Origin: an uncultured Nitrospinota bacterium
GTDB lineage: Bacteria > Tectomicrobia > Entotheonellia > J063 > CAVPRW01
DNA length: 64,000 nt
NCBI GenBank assembly: GCA_963707985.1
Contig: CAVPRW010000014.1
Coordinates: 64,001 to 128,000, forward strand
Direction: 5' to 3'
Below are positions 11,971-21,969 of this stretch, piece by piece. The notes beneath the pieces were generated by a model. It saw only the letters and a program-made list of their open reading frames with translations, was not told the DNA's origin and searched no databases. How positions within the stretch are numbered: the stretch's first letter is position 1; each line of letters opens with the position of its first letter. Both the position numbers and the translations under genes were made by a program.

Positions 11971-12690
11971 GAGCTGCTCCCGGTGACGGGCTAAAGACCG
12001 TGACGGTCAACCTCGCTGTCACACAACCCAAGGTCTCAGCCTGGCCGACCACCCGCTGGAACCCGTCGCCGCCTCTGGCCATGAGCCTTGCATGTGAATT
12101 CATGTGAGATTATCGATGATGGAATGGGAAGGTCATGGGAAGGAATGCTTCACCATCTGCACCGTCTCGCGAGGAGCCGATCCGGAATTGCGAAGGTTGG
12201 GCAGCTGGTGACACACCTCGTCGGTCATTTCGCCATCCGTCGGTTAGTCATGCCGGGGCACGTCGTTGTCAATTTCACTGTCCGCATACCTTTGCCCCCG
12301 CGTCGCTTCCGGTGCGTGACTGTAGTATACCTCTAGGGCGTTGGAAGCCAGAAGGACCGAGAAAATGTAACAGAGGGTTGTGCGCATGTCCAGCGGAAAG
12401 TCAGGCGCTCTGGCCTTTTAAGGGGCTTCGAACAGCGTCGATCGACCCCTCGCGCAGCTTCTGCCAACAGGCGTTAGCTGCTGACGATCTCCACTTCCTG
12501 GCATTTACGAAAGGCATCGCAAGAATCATCAAAGAAATGAGCATTGACGGAGTTCGAATCGTGCTCCAGAATATCTCCGACCCAAGGAGGCCTTGATCAG
12601 CAGGCACCCGACCTGCCGGACCAACAGCCCTGAAGAGCAATGAGCTCGTCGTGAAAGAACCGTTTTCGACCGTCCGAGGGAGCACCGAAC

Positions 12691-13467
12691 ATGGGGTTTG
12701 TTTTTGACCTGGTGACGTTGGCCGGTGGATTGTTTGCCGGCATGCTGGTCCTCCTGGAGATGGGTCGGCGCCTCGGCCTGCGGCGGATTGTGCCGGACTC
12801 CGACTCTGCGCGGGCGGGGTTCGGTGTGGTGGAAGGGGCCATCTTTGCCCTGATGGGGCTGCTGGTCGCGTTCACGTTTTCGGGGGCTGCCTCCAGGTTC
12901 GATATGCGGCGTCACCTGGTGGTCGAGGAGGCCAACGCCATTGGCACGGCATACCTGCGGCTCGACCTGTTACCGGTAAGTACGCAAACCGCGCTGCGGG
13001 AGAGTTTTCGGCAATACGTGGAGGCACGGCTGGAGACGTATCGGAAGCTGCCCGATATCGTTGCGGCCAAGCAAGCGATGGCCCAGGCCACCCTGTTACA
13101 GGGACAGATTTGGAGCCAGGCGCTTGCCGCCTGCCAGGAGGCCCCCCAACCAGCGACTATGCTGCTGCTGCCGGCGTTGAACGCGATGATCGATATTACG
13201 ACCACCCGGAGCGTGGCGACTCAAATACACCCGCCACAGGTGATCTTCGTCATGCTCTGCGTGCTGGCGCTGGCAAGCTCGCTGCTGGCGGGATATAGCA
13301 TGGCTGGAGGACGGCCGAGTAGTTATTGGATTCATATGCTCGTCTTCGCAGTGATCATGGCCTTGACGGTGTACGTGATCCTTGACCTCGAATACCCGCG
13401 TTTGGGATTGATCCGGGTTGACGCCGTCGATCAAGTACTCGTTGACCTTCGGGACAGCATGAAGTAG
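12691..13467 (+). CDS. DUF4239 / bestrophin-like membrane protein
   Basis: Motifs GAIFALMGLLVAFTFSGAASRFDMRR.LVVEEANAIGTAYLRLDLLP and ILDLEYPRLGLIR. Confidence 0.8.
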   Translation: MGFVFDLVTLAGGLFAGMLVLLEMGRRLGLRRIVPDSDSARAGFGVVEGAIFALMGLLVAFTFSGAASRFDMRRHLVVEEANAIGTAYLRLDLLPVSTQTALRESFRQYVEARLETYRKLPDIVAAKQAMAQATLLQGQIWSQALAACQEAPQPATMLLLPALNAMIDITTTRSVATQIHPPQVIFVMLCVLALASSLLAGYSMAGGRPSSYWIHMLVFAVIMALTVYVILDLEYPRLGLIRVDAVDQVLVDLRDSMK

Positions 13468-13484
13468 GGGGCACTATTGCTCAA

Positions 13485-13513
13485 TTGACGCTTCCCCGGT
13501 GCGCTGTTATACT
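13485..13513 (+). promoter_or_regulatory. Sigma70-type promoter for the ABM / CoA-transferase operon
   Basis: TTGACG-N17-TATACT with an extended -10 TG, 73 nt upstream of the ATG at 13587. Confidence 0.7.
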
Positions 13514-13586
13514 CGGGCCGATAGCTGGTATGCGTCGTGTCTATGCCCAAATTTCCGTCTGCTGTCGATGATCTCTGGAGGTATGT

Positions 13587-13871
13587 ATGATCGGTGTGTT
13601 GACCCATCACTGGGCGAAACCAGACAAAGTTGACGAGGCTAAGAAGCTTCTGGATGGCAACGGCATGGCCCAGAGCAAGGCTCCGGGGTTCGTGAGCCGC
13701 CAGACCTTATACGCCCACAATGATCCCACCAAGATCACCACACTGGTGGTCTGGGACAGCAATGACATCTATGATCAGTGGCGTGCCAGTCCCGAACGCG
13801 CTGTGGCCATGAAAGGCGCTGACGCCCTATGGTCGAAACCTCCCGAAGGAGAGCGCTTCGAAGTGGTGTAA
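13587..13871 (+). CDS. Antibiotic biosynthesis monooxygenase (ABM) family small protein
   Basis: 94 aa with APGFVSRQTL and ITTLVVWDS..Y..WRASPE. GGAGG Shine-Dalgarno. Confidence 0.8.
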   Translation: MIGVLTHHWAKPDKVDEAKKLLDGNGMAQSKAPGFVSRQTLYAHNDPTKITTLVVWDSNDIYDQWRASPERAVAMKGADALWSKPPEGERFEVV

Positions 13872-13941
13872 CCGCAGATGCACGCAGCTCGATGCAGATA
13901 CCTGGGGACCCTCACTACGTCCATCCGTGTGTATCTGCGGT
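13870..13941. repeat. REP-like palindromic element (ACCGCAGAT...ATCTGCGGT family), copy 1
   Basis: ACCGCAGATGCACGCAG..GATGCAGAT paired with ATCCGTGTGTATCTGCGGT. Related copy at 60783-60842. Confidence 0.7.
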
Positions 13942-13958
13942 GCTAGGAGGCAAGAGCT

Positions 13959-15287
13959 ATGACCTTACCCCACGCCCTAGCGGGCGTCAGGGTGCTCGAT
14001 TTTACCTGGGTCAGAGCTGGGCCCTGGGCGACGCGCTGGTTAGGGGCCTTTGGTGCTGACATCATCAAAATCGAGTGGCCGGAGCGCCTGGACATATTGC
14101 GCAGCAATCGCACCACGATTCCTCCTGGCATGGAGCCTGGCCCGAACGCGCCCGGCCAGTTCGCCGACACCAATGTCAACAAGCTGGGTCTGACCATCAA
14201 CGTCCGCACGCCACGCGGCCTTGAGCTGATCAAACGGCTGCTCACCATCTCCGATGTGGTCATCGAGAATTTCAGCTCGCGAGTCATGCGCACCTGGGGT
14301 ATCGGCTACGACGTCATGCAGCAGCTTAAGCCCGATATCATTTACGTCTCGATGGCTGGCTTCGGCCAGACCGGGCGCCACCACCACTACACGACCATGG
14401 GCCCGTCGGCGCAGGCCCTGTCGGGCCAGACATTTCTCTCAGGCCTTCCCGGCAAACCTCCTGCCGGCTGGGGTTGGTCATATCTGGATGATACCGGTGG
14501 CATGTACGGTGCCATGTGCGTCCTCACCGCCTTACACCACCGCAATGCGACCGGCCATGGACAGCATGTCGACCTATCGCAGATGAGCGCCGGCATTACG
14601 CTGACCGGTTCCGCCTTTCTCGATCATACGGTGAATGGTCGCGCCGCACGTCGTGAGGGGTATCCCCCAGGGAATCGCACGGTATGGCCCGGCACACCCC
14701 CGGTCAACAGCTACCGAGGCCCCACCATGGCACCGCACAACGCCTACCGTACTCATGGTGGTGGACACAACGACTGGTGCGTTGTCGCCTGCTTTTCCGA
14801 TGCGGAGTGGCAGACCCTGGTCGATCTCATGGGCCGTCCTGGTTGGGCGATAGAGGCGAAGTTCGGGAATCTGTCGGGACGCCTGCAATATCAGGAGGAG
14901 CTGGACCAGGGCATCGAGCGCTGGACACAAACGCTGGAGAAATACGAGCTGACGGAGAAGTGCCAGGCCGCTGGCGTACGTGCGATGCCGGTGCAAAGCG
15001 CTGAGGACCGGGTTGAACATGACCCCCAGCTCAAGGCCCGTGGCATGTATCCCGAGGTGGACCATCCACTACTGGGTCGACGCAAGGTCCAGAACGTCCC
15101 CTTCAAGCACTCGACAACACCCGCGACCGTGCACAGGCCGGCGCCGCTCATCGGACAACACACCAGACACGTCATGCAAGAGTTGCTCGGCCTCAGCCTT
15201 GACGACATCAAGGCGGGATACACCGACGGCACCTTCTGGCCCAAGGACATGCCACTGTATGCCTATCTCGAGGAGACGCTGCGATGA
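13959..15287 (+). CDS. Family III CoA-transferase (CaiB/BaiF), Asp-containing subunit
   Basis: Motifs LAGVRVLDFT..AGP, GADIIKIE, NVNKLGLTIN, VIENFS, SYLDDTGG and APLIGQHT. Confidence 0.92.
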   Translation: MTLPHALAGVRVLDFTWVRAGPWATRWLGAFGADIIKIEWPERLDILRSNRTTIPPGMEPGPNAPGQFADTNVNKLGLTINVRTPRGLELIKRLLTISDVVIENFSSRVMRTWGIGYDVMQQLKPDIIYVSMAGFGQTGRHHHYTTMGPSAQALSGQTFLSGLPGKPPAGWGWSYLDDTGGMYGAMCVLTALHHRNATGHGQHVDLSQMSAGITLTGSAFLDHTVNGRAARREGYPPGNRTVWPGTPPVNSYRGPTMAPHNAYRTHGGGHNDWCVVACFSDAEWQTLVDLMGRPGWAIEAKFGNLSGRLQYQEELDQGIERWTQTLEKYELTEKCQAAGVRAMPVQSAEDRVEHDPQLKARGMYPEVDHPLLGRRKVQNVPFKHSTTPATVHRPAPLIGQHTRHVMQELLGLSLDDIKAGYTDGTFWPKDMPLYAYLEETLR

Positions 15288-16564
15288 GCGCGGCGACCGA
15301 TTCGGGAGCGCACGGTCGCCTTCCTGGCCCCCTGGCAGGGCTTCGAGTGCTGGAATTGGCCGATGAAAAAGGCCAGTTCTGCGGCAAGTTGATGGCCGAT
15401 TTGGGGGCGGATGTCGTCAAAATCGAGCCCCCCGGTGGCCACCGCACGCGGACCGTGGGACCGTTTCTGCATGATATCCCGCATCGGGAACGCAGCTTGT
15501 CGTTCTGGCACTACAACACTTCCAAGCGGGGGATGACGCTCAATCTGGAAACGTTGGAGGGCAAGGACCTGTTCCGACGCCTTGTGCCGTCGACCGATAT
15601 CCTCCTGGAAACTGAGGCCCCTGGATATTTGCCGAGCCTGGGACTGGGGTATGAAGCCCTGGCGCCTCTGAACCCCAGGCTCATCATGTGTTCGCTGACG
15701 CCATTTGGCCAGACCGGACCGTGGCGCGATTATCAGACCTCGGACCTGTTGCACCTGGCCGCGGGTGGGCAGATGGGCTGCTGTGGCTACGACCCTGAGG
15801 ATGTTCCCGATGCCCCGCCAATTGCACCCGGTGGCGGCAACGCCTGGCACATCGGCAGCCATTTCGCGTATATCGCCATCATGGCGGCGGTGTGTTATCG
15901 GGACATGTCCGGCGTGGGGCAATATCTCGATGCCTCTGTACACGAGGCCTGTGCGCTGACCACGGAAGCGGCGATTCCCACCTACATCTACACGGGCCAG
16001 GTCGTGCAGCGTCAGACCGGACGCGCCGCCGCGGTCGAGAAGTCCGAACCGACGCAGTACATCACCCGCGACGGCGCCTGGCTCAACACCACGCGCTCGG
16101 GATTCAATCTCACCCCGGCGCGGCTGCGCCACCTGGCCGAGTGGATGGACCAGTACGGCCTGGCTCAGGACCTCCTGGACGAGAAATACCAAAGCGTCGC
16201 CACGATTCAAGCCCACGTCTCCCACATTGCCGCGGCGCTCGAGACCTTCTTCGCCCGCATCCCCTTGGAAGAGGCCTGGCACGGTGGGCAGGAGCTGGGT
16301 CTGCCGTGGGGTGCCATCCGCTCCATGGATGAGATTATTACGGACCAACATCTCCAGGACCGCGCATTTTTCACTGAAGTATTCCATCCTGAGCTCGGGC
16401 GAAGCTATACATATCCAGGGCCAGCTGCGCTGTATAGCCAATCTCCCTGGCGTATTTCCCGCCGCGCCCCGCTCATTGGCGAGCACAACGTTGAGATCTT
16501 CTGTGGCGAGCTGGGACTGAGCCCGGCCGAGCTGGTGGTGTTAGCAGAGTCTGGGGTGATCTAG
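15284..16564 (+). CDS. Family III CoA-transferase (CaiB/BaiF), partner subunit
   Basis: Motifs LAGLRVLELA, ADLGADVVKIEPPGG, NTSKRGMTLNL and APLIGEHN. ATGA overlap with the upstream gene. Confidence 0.92.
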   Translation: MSAATDSGAHGRLPGPLAGLRVLELADEKGQFCGKLMADLGADVVKIEPPGGHRTRTVGPFLHDIPHRERSLSFWHYNTSKRGMTLNLETLEGKDLFRRLVPSTDILLETEAPGYLPSLGLGYEALAPLNPRLIMCSLTPFGQTGPWRDYQTSDLLHLAAGGQMGCCGYDPEDVPDAPPIAPGGGNAWHIGSHFAYIAIMAAVCYRDMSGVGQYLDASVHEACALTTEAAIPTYIYTGQVVQRQTGRAAAVEKSEPTQYITRDGAWLNTTRSGFNLTPARLRHLAEWMDQYGLAQDLLDEKYQSVATIQAHVSHIAAALETFFARIPLEEAWHGGQELGLPWGAIRSMDEIITDQHLQDRAFFTEVFHPELGRSYTYPGPAALYSQSPWRISRRAPLIGEHNVEIFCGELGLSPAELVVLAESGVI

Positions 16565-16746
16565 GCCGAGCGCACTGGCGTCGTTGGAGGTCAAGCCTGC
16601 TCGCCCTCCAGGCCCTGCATGGCTCGCGAGTGTTCCATGGGCTCGGTCACCGCATCCGGATGACGGATCCGACGTCATCGGTCCGGTAGGATGCGATGGT
16701 CTTGAGCAACGGCTCTGGGCCCACCGGCCTGTGCCGGTGCAGGCGC

Positions 16747-17973
16747 TTATCGGCTTGATTCCTCGTCATCTCGCTCGACGGCCAACGCCACCGCCTCGCC
16801 ACCTCCGAGGCACAGGCAGGCAATGCCGCGTGACAAATGGCGATCGTGCAGCGCATAAAGCAGGGTGGTGAGCAAACGTGCCCCCGTGGCCCCGAGCGGA
16901 TGCCCCAGGGCAATCCCCCCGCCATGGACGTTGACCTTCTCCCAATCCCATCCGAGGCCAGCCAAGGCTTGGCCGTTGGCCAGCATCTGCGCCGCGAAGG
17001 CCTCGTTGATCTCGATGAGGTCGACCTCGGCCAGCGTCCAGCCAACTTTGTCGAGCAAGCGTGGGATGGCCTTGGCGGGGGCATCGAAAATGTACTTGGG
17101 CTCGACCGCGGCCTGGGCGTATCCGACAATGCGCGCTAGTGGCTGCATGCCCAGATCATGGGCCGTGGAGGCGCTGGCCACGACGAGAGCCGCAGCTGCA
17201 TCGTTGAGGCCGGGGGCATTGCCGGCCGTGACGCGTCCATGCGGGCTGAAAGCCGGCTGAAGCTGGGCCAACGCTGCCAGGGAAGTGTCCCGACGCGGCG
17301 CTTCATCCGCTGTCACCACCGCCACCTGTCCTCTGGCGTCCTTGACGGTGACAGGTACGATCTCAGCCTTGAACCTGCCGGTATCCATCGCTGCAATGGC
17401 TTTCTGGTGGCTGGCCAGTGCATATCGATCCATGGCCTCGCGTGTGATCCCATACGTCTCCGCGATGAACTCCGCCGCATGGCCCATGGCCCAGCCTTCA
17501 AACGCGCACGAGAGGCCATCGACGAGGAGAGCGTCGCGCAGCTCGACATGGCCATAACGCAACTGATTTAGTCGACCCTGCACCAGATGGGGAGCCTGAC
17601 TCATGCTTTCCACTCCACCGGCGACGAAAAGTTGGCCATCACCGGCGCGAATCGACTGGGCAGCGAGGATCACCGCTTTGAGGCTGGCCCCGCAAACCTT
17701 ATTGATGGTCATGGCTCCCACGCTTGTGGGCAGTCCGCCATCGATGGCACATTGCCGGGCGATGTTCTGGCCCAGGCCTGCCGACACGACATTACCCATC
17801 AACACTTCATCGATCTCTGCCAGGTCTCGTAGCTGCGCCCGTTGCACGGCAGCCCGGACGACCGTGGCCCCGAGGTCTCTGGCGGATACCTGACTCAACG
17901 CGCCTTGGAGGCGACCAACGGCGGTGCGCACAGCGCTCAAGATGACGACCGTCGGCAATCCATTGGTACGCAT
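16747..17973 (-). CDS. Acetyl-CoA C-acyltransferase (thiolase)
   Basis: Motifs INKVCGASLKA, GGVESMS, EINEAFA, NVHGGGIALGHPLGATG and CLGGG. Confidence 0.95.
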   Translation of the reverse strand: MRTNGLPTVVILSAVRTAVGRLQGALSQVSARDLGATVVRAAVQRAQLRDLAEIDEVLMGNVVSAGLGQNIARQCAIDGGLPTSVGAMTINKVCGASLKAVILAAQSIRAGDGQLFVAGGVESMSQAPHLVQGRLNQLRYGHVELRDALLVDGLSCAFEGWAMGHAAEFIAETYGITREAMDRYALASHQKAIAAMDTGRFKAEIVPVTVKDARGQVAVVTADEAPRRDTSLAALAQLQPAFSPHGRVTAGNAPGLNDAAAALVVASASTAHDLGMQPLARIVGYAQAAVEPKYIFDAPAKAIPRLLDKVGWTLAEVDLIEINEAFAAQMLANGQALAGLGWDWEKVNVHGGGIALGHPLGATGARLLTTLLYALHDRHLSRGIACLCLGGGEAVALAVERDDEESSR

Positions 17974-18094
17974 AGCCACCACTCTTTCTTCGCGCACAAG
18001 CAAATCAATAGTGTGAACGGTGAGGACTCGCTACCCGAGGCTCGTGCGTCCCATTCTCAGGCTGAAAGCCGTACCCATCCGCGCCTCTCAGGGC

Positions 18095-19342
18095 TCAGGC
18101 CTCAATCTTGGGGTCGAGACCTAGCGTCACTTTGCCAATATACTCGAACGCCTCAGTCGGCGAGAATGGTTGCATAAAGGGCCCCGCCCGGACATCGCGA
18201 TACAGTCGCGACAGGGGATGCCGACTCAAATAACCGGCGCCCCCGGAAGCCGTCAAGGCTCGGTCTACGATATCGATCGCCTTGCGATTGACGAACCACT
18301 TGGCGCATTGCAGGTCCTTCATCAATGCGTGCAGCTCATGGAGGCCGATACCTTCAGCGGGATGCTGACTGAAGAGCATATCTGCCGTCATTGCGGTGCG
18401 CCCCAGGATGGCGCGTGAGGCCGCCAGGTCGATCTCGATCTCGGCAATCAGATGTTGGATTGGGTAACGCTCCGCCAGCATACGGCCGCTCGGCCCTTTG
18501 CGCCGAGTCTTGACGGCCTCCACGCTCAGGTCGCGGGCCGCCTCTGCGATACCGAGAAAGACGCCGGCCAGCCCGGTGGCAATAATCAGGTTGCCAGTCA
18601 GATACGGTTCCGACCACTCGCCCCAGACCCCGAGATCCAGGAGCGCTGCGTCCGGCAGAAAACAATTGGTCAAGATCACATCGTGGCTGCCAGAGCCTCG
18701 CATGCCCAGGGCATCCCAGGTGTGTTTGATCTCCAGCCCAGGGTTATCATGGGGAATGCTGGCCATGGCTAGACGCTCGTCGCCACGGTCGTCCTTGAAA
18801 CGAAAGGAGAGATCGAGAAGCTGGGCCGCTGGCGACATGGTGGCAAAGATCTTGCGCCCATTCAGTAGCCAGCCCCCAGCTGTTTTGGTGGCGTCCACTT
18901 GGGGATGGAGGATATCCGTGCCTGCCTCGGAGACACAGGCGCACATGAGCAACTGGCCAGCACCGATCCGGCGCAGGCGCCGCTCCAGCCCAGCGGCATA
19001 GGCTACATCGCCTGTCGCCTTGGCGGCTTCCCACAGGCGCGTCATACGCCAGGGGCGAAAAATGTGCATGTTGGCCGCGATGGCGGTTGAGCCATCACCG
19101 CGACCGAGTCGACTCATGCCCAGCATGTAATCATGCACCGACCTGACGCCGAGCCCTCCTAATTCCTCCGGAACGCAGGCAGCCATAGCGCCACTCTGTT
19201 GCAGAGCGGCGATGTTCTCAAAGGGAAAGCTGCCGTCACGGTCGTGTTCGACAGCGCGGCTGGCAAAGTCCGCCGCATGTTGCTCAGCGAGCGCAACAAA
19301 GCGCTGGCCTGGTTGCGTTAATGGTTGCAAGGCGAAATCCAT
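18095..19342 (-). CDS. Acyl-CoA dehydrogenase family flavoprotein
   Basis: Motifs HDRDGSFPFEN, LNGRKIFATM, WDALGMRGSGSHDV and LSRLYRDVRAG. Confidence 0.9.
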   Translation of the reverse strand: MDFALQPLTQPGQRFVALAEQHAADFASRAVEHDRDGSFPFENIAALQQSGAMAACVPEELGGLGVRSVHDYMLGMSRLGRGDGSTAIAANMHIFRPWRMTRLWEAAKATGDVAYAAGLERRLRRIGAGQLLMCACVSEAGTDILHPQVDATKTAGGWLLNGRKIFATMSPAAQLLDLSFRFKDDRGDERLAMASIPHDNPGLEIKHTWDALGMRGSGSHDVILTNCFLPDAALLDLGVWGEWSEPYLTGNLIIATGLAGVFLGIAEAARDLSVEAVKTRRKGPSGRMLAERYPIQHLIAEIEIDLAASRAILGRTAMTADMLFSQHPAEGIGLHELHALMKDLQCAKWFVNRKAIDIVDRALTASGGAGYLSRHPLSRLYRDVRAGPFMQPFSPTEAFEYIGKVTLGLDPKIEA

Positions 19343-19478
19343 AACAGCCCTCCTTGGCTTCCCACCTTTTTTTTACGAGAATAGGGTATGATAGTCAATC
19401 TCTTCTTCTGGCGCGAGGGGCACAAGACTACCCCGCCTCGACCTACACTGCATCAGATCCGTCAAGAGGGCCTCGTTC

Positions 19479-20498
19479 ATGGATCTTCCCGGAACAGCAA
19501 CGACGCTATTGACCCCTGACCTGCGCATCTGTCGCCTGTTGAATGGCCTGTGGCAGGTCTCCGGCGCGCATGGAGCGATCGACCGTCGCGCGGCGATCGA
19601 GGATATGTTCGCATACCATAATGCTGGCTTCACCACCTGGGACCTGGCCGATCACTATGGGCCAGCGGAAGATTTTATCGGTGAATTCCGGAAACAAATG
19701 GCCGCCAACCGTGGCGTCGAGGCATTGGCCAGCATCCAGGCCTTTACCAAATGGGTACCAGAATCAGGACGCATGACGCGTCAAATCGTCGAGGAGAATA
19801 TCCGGGTCTCACTCCGGCGCATGGGGGTCGATACCCTCGACCTTTTGCAGTTCCACTGGTGGGATTACGGCGACGCCAACTATCTGGACGCGCTACGTTA
19901 CCTGGCCGAGCTGCGCGACGAAGGCAAAATTCGCCATCTGGCTCTGACCAACTTCGACACGGAGCACTTGAGAATCATTGTCGAACATGGTATCCGCATC
20001 GTGTCAAACCAGGTGCAGTATTCGCTGATTGACCGTCGGCCCGAGGTGCACATGAGCGCTTTTTGCCAGGCACATGACATCCAACTCCTCACCTATGGCA
20101 CCGTCGGAGGCGGACTGCTGTCAGAACGGTACCTCGGGCAGCCGGAACCCACACGGGGGGCGTTGACTACCGCCAGTCTACGGAAGTACAAACAGATGGT
20201 GGAGGCCTGGGGCGGCTGGGAGCTATTCCAGGAATTACTTAGTGTTCTCAAACACATCGCCGACAAGCATCGGGTGAGCATCGCCAATATTGCGGTGCGT
20301 TATATCCTGAATCGCCCGGCTGTAGCAGGAGTAATTGTCGGCACACGCCTGGGAGTGGCCGAACATCGGGAGGATAATGTCCGCAGTTTCGATGCGACCC
20401 TGGACATGGAGGACCACGCCGAGATCGAGGCCATTCTTGCCAGGTCGCGCGATCTATATCAGCTGATTGGAGACTGTGGCGATGAATACCGACGCTGA
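19479..20498 (+). CDS. Aldo/keto reductase
   Basis: Motifs TWDLADHYG, DLLQFHWWDY, ALTNFD, SNQVQYSLIDRRP and DCGDEYR. Confidence 0.92.
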   Translation: MDLPGTATTLLTPDLRICRLLNGLWQVSGAHGAIDRRAAIEDMFAYHNAGFTTWDLADHYGPAEDFIGEFRKQMAANRGVEALASIQAFTKWVPESGRMTRQIVEENIRVSLRRMGVDTLDLLQFHWWDYGDANYLDALRYLAELRDEGKIRHLALTNFDTEHLRIIVEHGIRIVSNQVQYSLIDRRPEVHMSAFCQAHDIQLLTYGTVGGGLLSERYLGQPEPTRGALTTASLRKYKQMVEAWGGWELFQELLSVLKHIADKHRVSIANIAVRYILNRPAVAGVIVGTRLGVAEHREDNVRSFDATLDMEDHAEIEAILARSRDLYQLIGDCGDEYRR

Positions 20499-20769
20499 GA
20501 TAGATTTCTACGAGGCAAATGCCTCCCGATAGCACCCCAACAAACCTCAGGCGAGACCAGCACCGTCTATGGCCGCATTCCTACGAATAACTATGCCTAG
20601 CAAAGAAGTGAATTGATTATTTGGTGGTAAATTTTATATATGTATAGTTACCACGGTGAAGCATAGACGGATCCGAAGCTCCACAGAGGCATCATGTTGC
20701 GGCCTGAGATCATTGCCCGCGGGAGGGGCTGGTTTTGCGGGCAAGCCGTATAGAAGGGAGAATTAGCTG

Positions 20770-21969
20770 GTGATCCGCTCGTTATGCGGCCCATTGTTGG
20801 GCGCTTGCGGGGTTCTACTCAGCCTTTTGTTGGTGTCGTGTACTGGGAATAGGGAGACAAAACCATCTATAAAAATTGGGTTGATCGCGCCGCTCTCCGG
20901 CTACCTCGCCCCCTCAGGAGAGGCAATTCAGCGTGGTATGCTACTGGCCATCGATGAAGTGAACCGCGAAGGGGGGGTGCTGGGTCGACCACTCGCCTTG
21001 GTGGTGGATGACGTTGAAAACGATCCGTTGGCGGGCGTGGCGGTCTTGCAGGCGCTTGTACAACATGACAAGATGGTCGCCGTGTTCACCGGCACGTTCA
21101 GCACGGTGATCCTGGCCCAACTCGATATCATCCACGAGCGGCAAATCCCGCTCATCATTCCGCTGGGCTCGGTGACTACCATTACCCGGAATGGTCGCGT
21201 CCCCAACTATGCCTTCCGCATTGCCATGTCCGACGAGTATGCCAACGAGTTCATGGTACGCTACGCCCTCGATGTGGTCGGCGTTCGCCATCCCGGTATC
21301 ATCGCGGAAACCACTGATTGGGGAAATTCCAACGTTAATGGTCTATCCCATTGGTTAGCTCGGTTGGCACGTCCAGCGGCGAGCATTGAGCGCTTTGCCC
21401 AGAGTGAGACAAATATGCGTCACCAGCTGACGCGACTGCGTGCAGCCGGCGCGGACGCCCTGCTCCTCGTGGCCAATGCCTCCGACGCGGCGGCCATCAT
21501 CCGTGGGATGGTCACACTCGGCTGGAAGGTGCCAGTGGTAAGCCATAGCGGCACGAGCATCGGCCGGTTCGTCGAACTGGCCGGGGTGGCAAACACGGAT
21601 GGCGTCCTGACCCTGCAGACCTTCTCCTTCTTCGGACCGTTGTCTCCGAAAGCGAATGCCGTGCTCCGCGCCTATCATGCGCGTTTCGGCACACGACGCG
21701 TGGAGGAGGTCAGGGTGCCGATCGCGGTCGCCAGCAGTTACGATGGCATCCACCTGCTGGCGCGTGCTATCCGTCAAGCCGGCAGCACCGATGGGCCTCG
21801 AGTCCGCGCCGCACTCGAGGAGTTAGAGCCTTACGATGGCCTGATGAAGCGCTATGCTCCAGCCTTCACGGCGGACCGCCATGATGCCCTGTTGACCGAG
21901 GATTACCTCATGGCGGTCTGGCAAGAGGGACGTCTAGTCCCGGCCCCACAGCCGAGGTTGCCAGAATGA
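20770..21969 (+). CDS. LivJ-like (branched-chain amino acid type) substrate-binding lipoprotein
   Basis: Lipobox-like LLVSC, then IKIGLIAPLSG, AIDEVNREGGVLGRPL, YAFRIAMSD and YDGIHLLARAI. Confidence 0.88.
   Translation: MIRSLCGPLLGACGVLLSLLLVSCTGNRETKPSIKIGLIAPLSGYLAPSGEAIQRGMLLAIDEVNREGGVLGRPLALVVDDVENDPLAGVAVLQALVQHDKMVAVFTGTFSTVILAQLDIIHERQIPLIIPLGSVTTITRNGRVPNYAFRIAMSDEYANEFMVRYALDVVGVRHPGIIAETTDWGNSNVNGLSHWLARLARPAASIERFAQSETNMRHQLTRLRAAGADALLLVANASDAAAIIRGMVTLGWKVPVVSHSGTSIGRFVELAGVANTDGVLTLQTFSFFGPLSPKANAVLRAYHARFGTRRVEEVRVPIAVASSYDGIHLLARAIRQAGSTDGPRVRAALEELEPYDGLMKRYAPAFTADRHDALLTEDYLMAVWQEGRLVPAPQPRLPE

Noticed and set aside
15263..16486. Long antisense ORFs (also 26788..27921, 38277..39113, 54424..55272, 56082..56780)
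   Set aside because: These are shadow frames opposite well-supported genes in GC-rich DNA, with no recognisable motifs.
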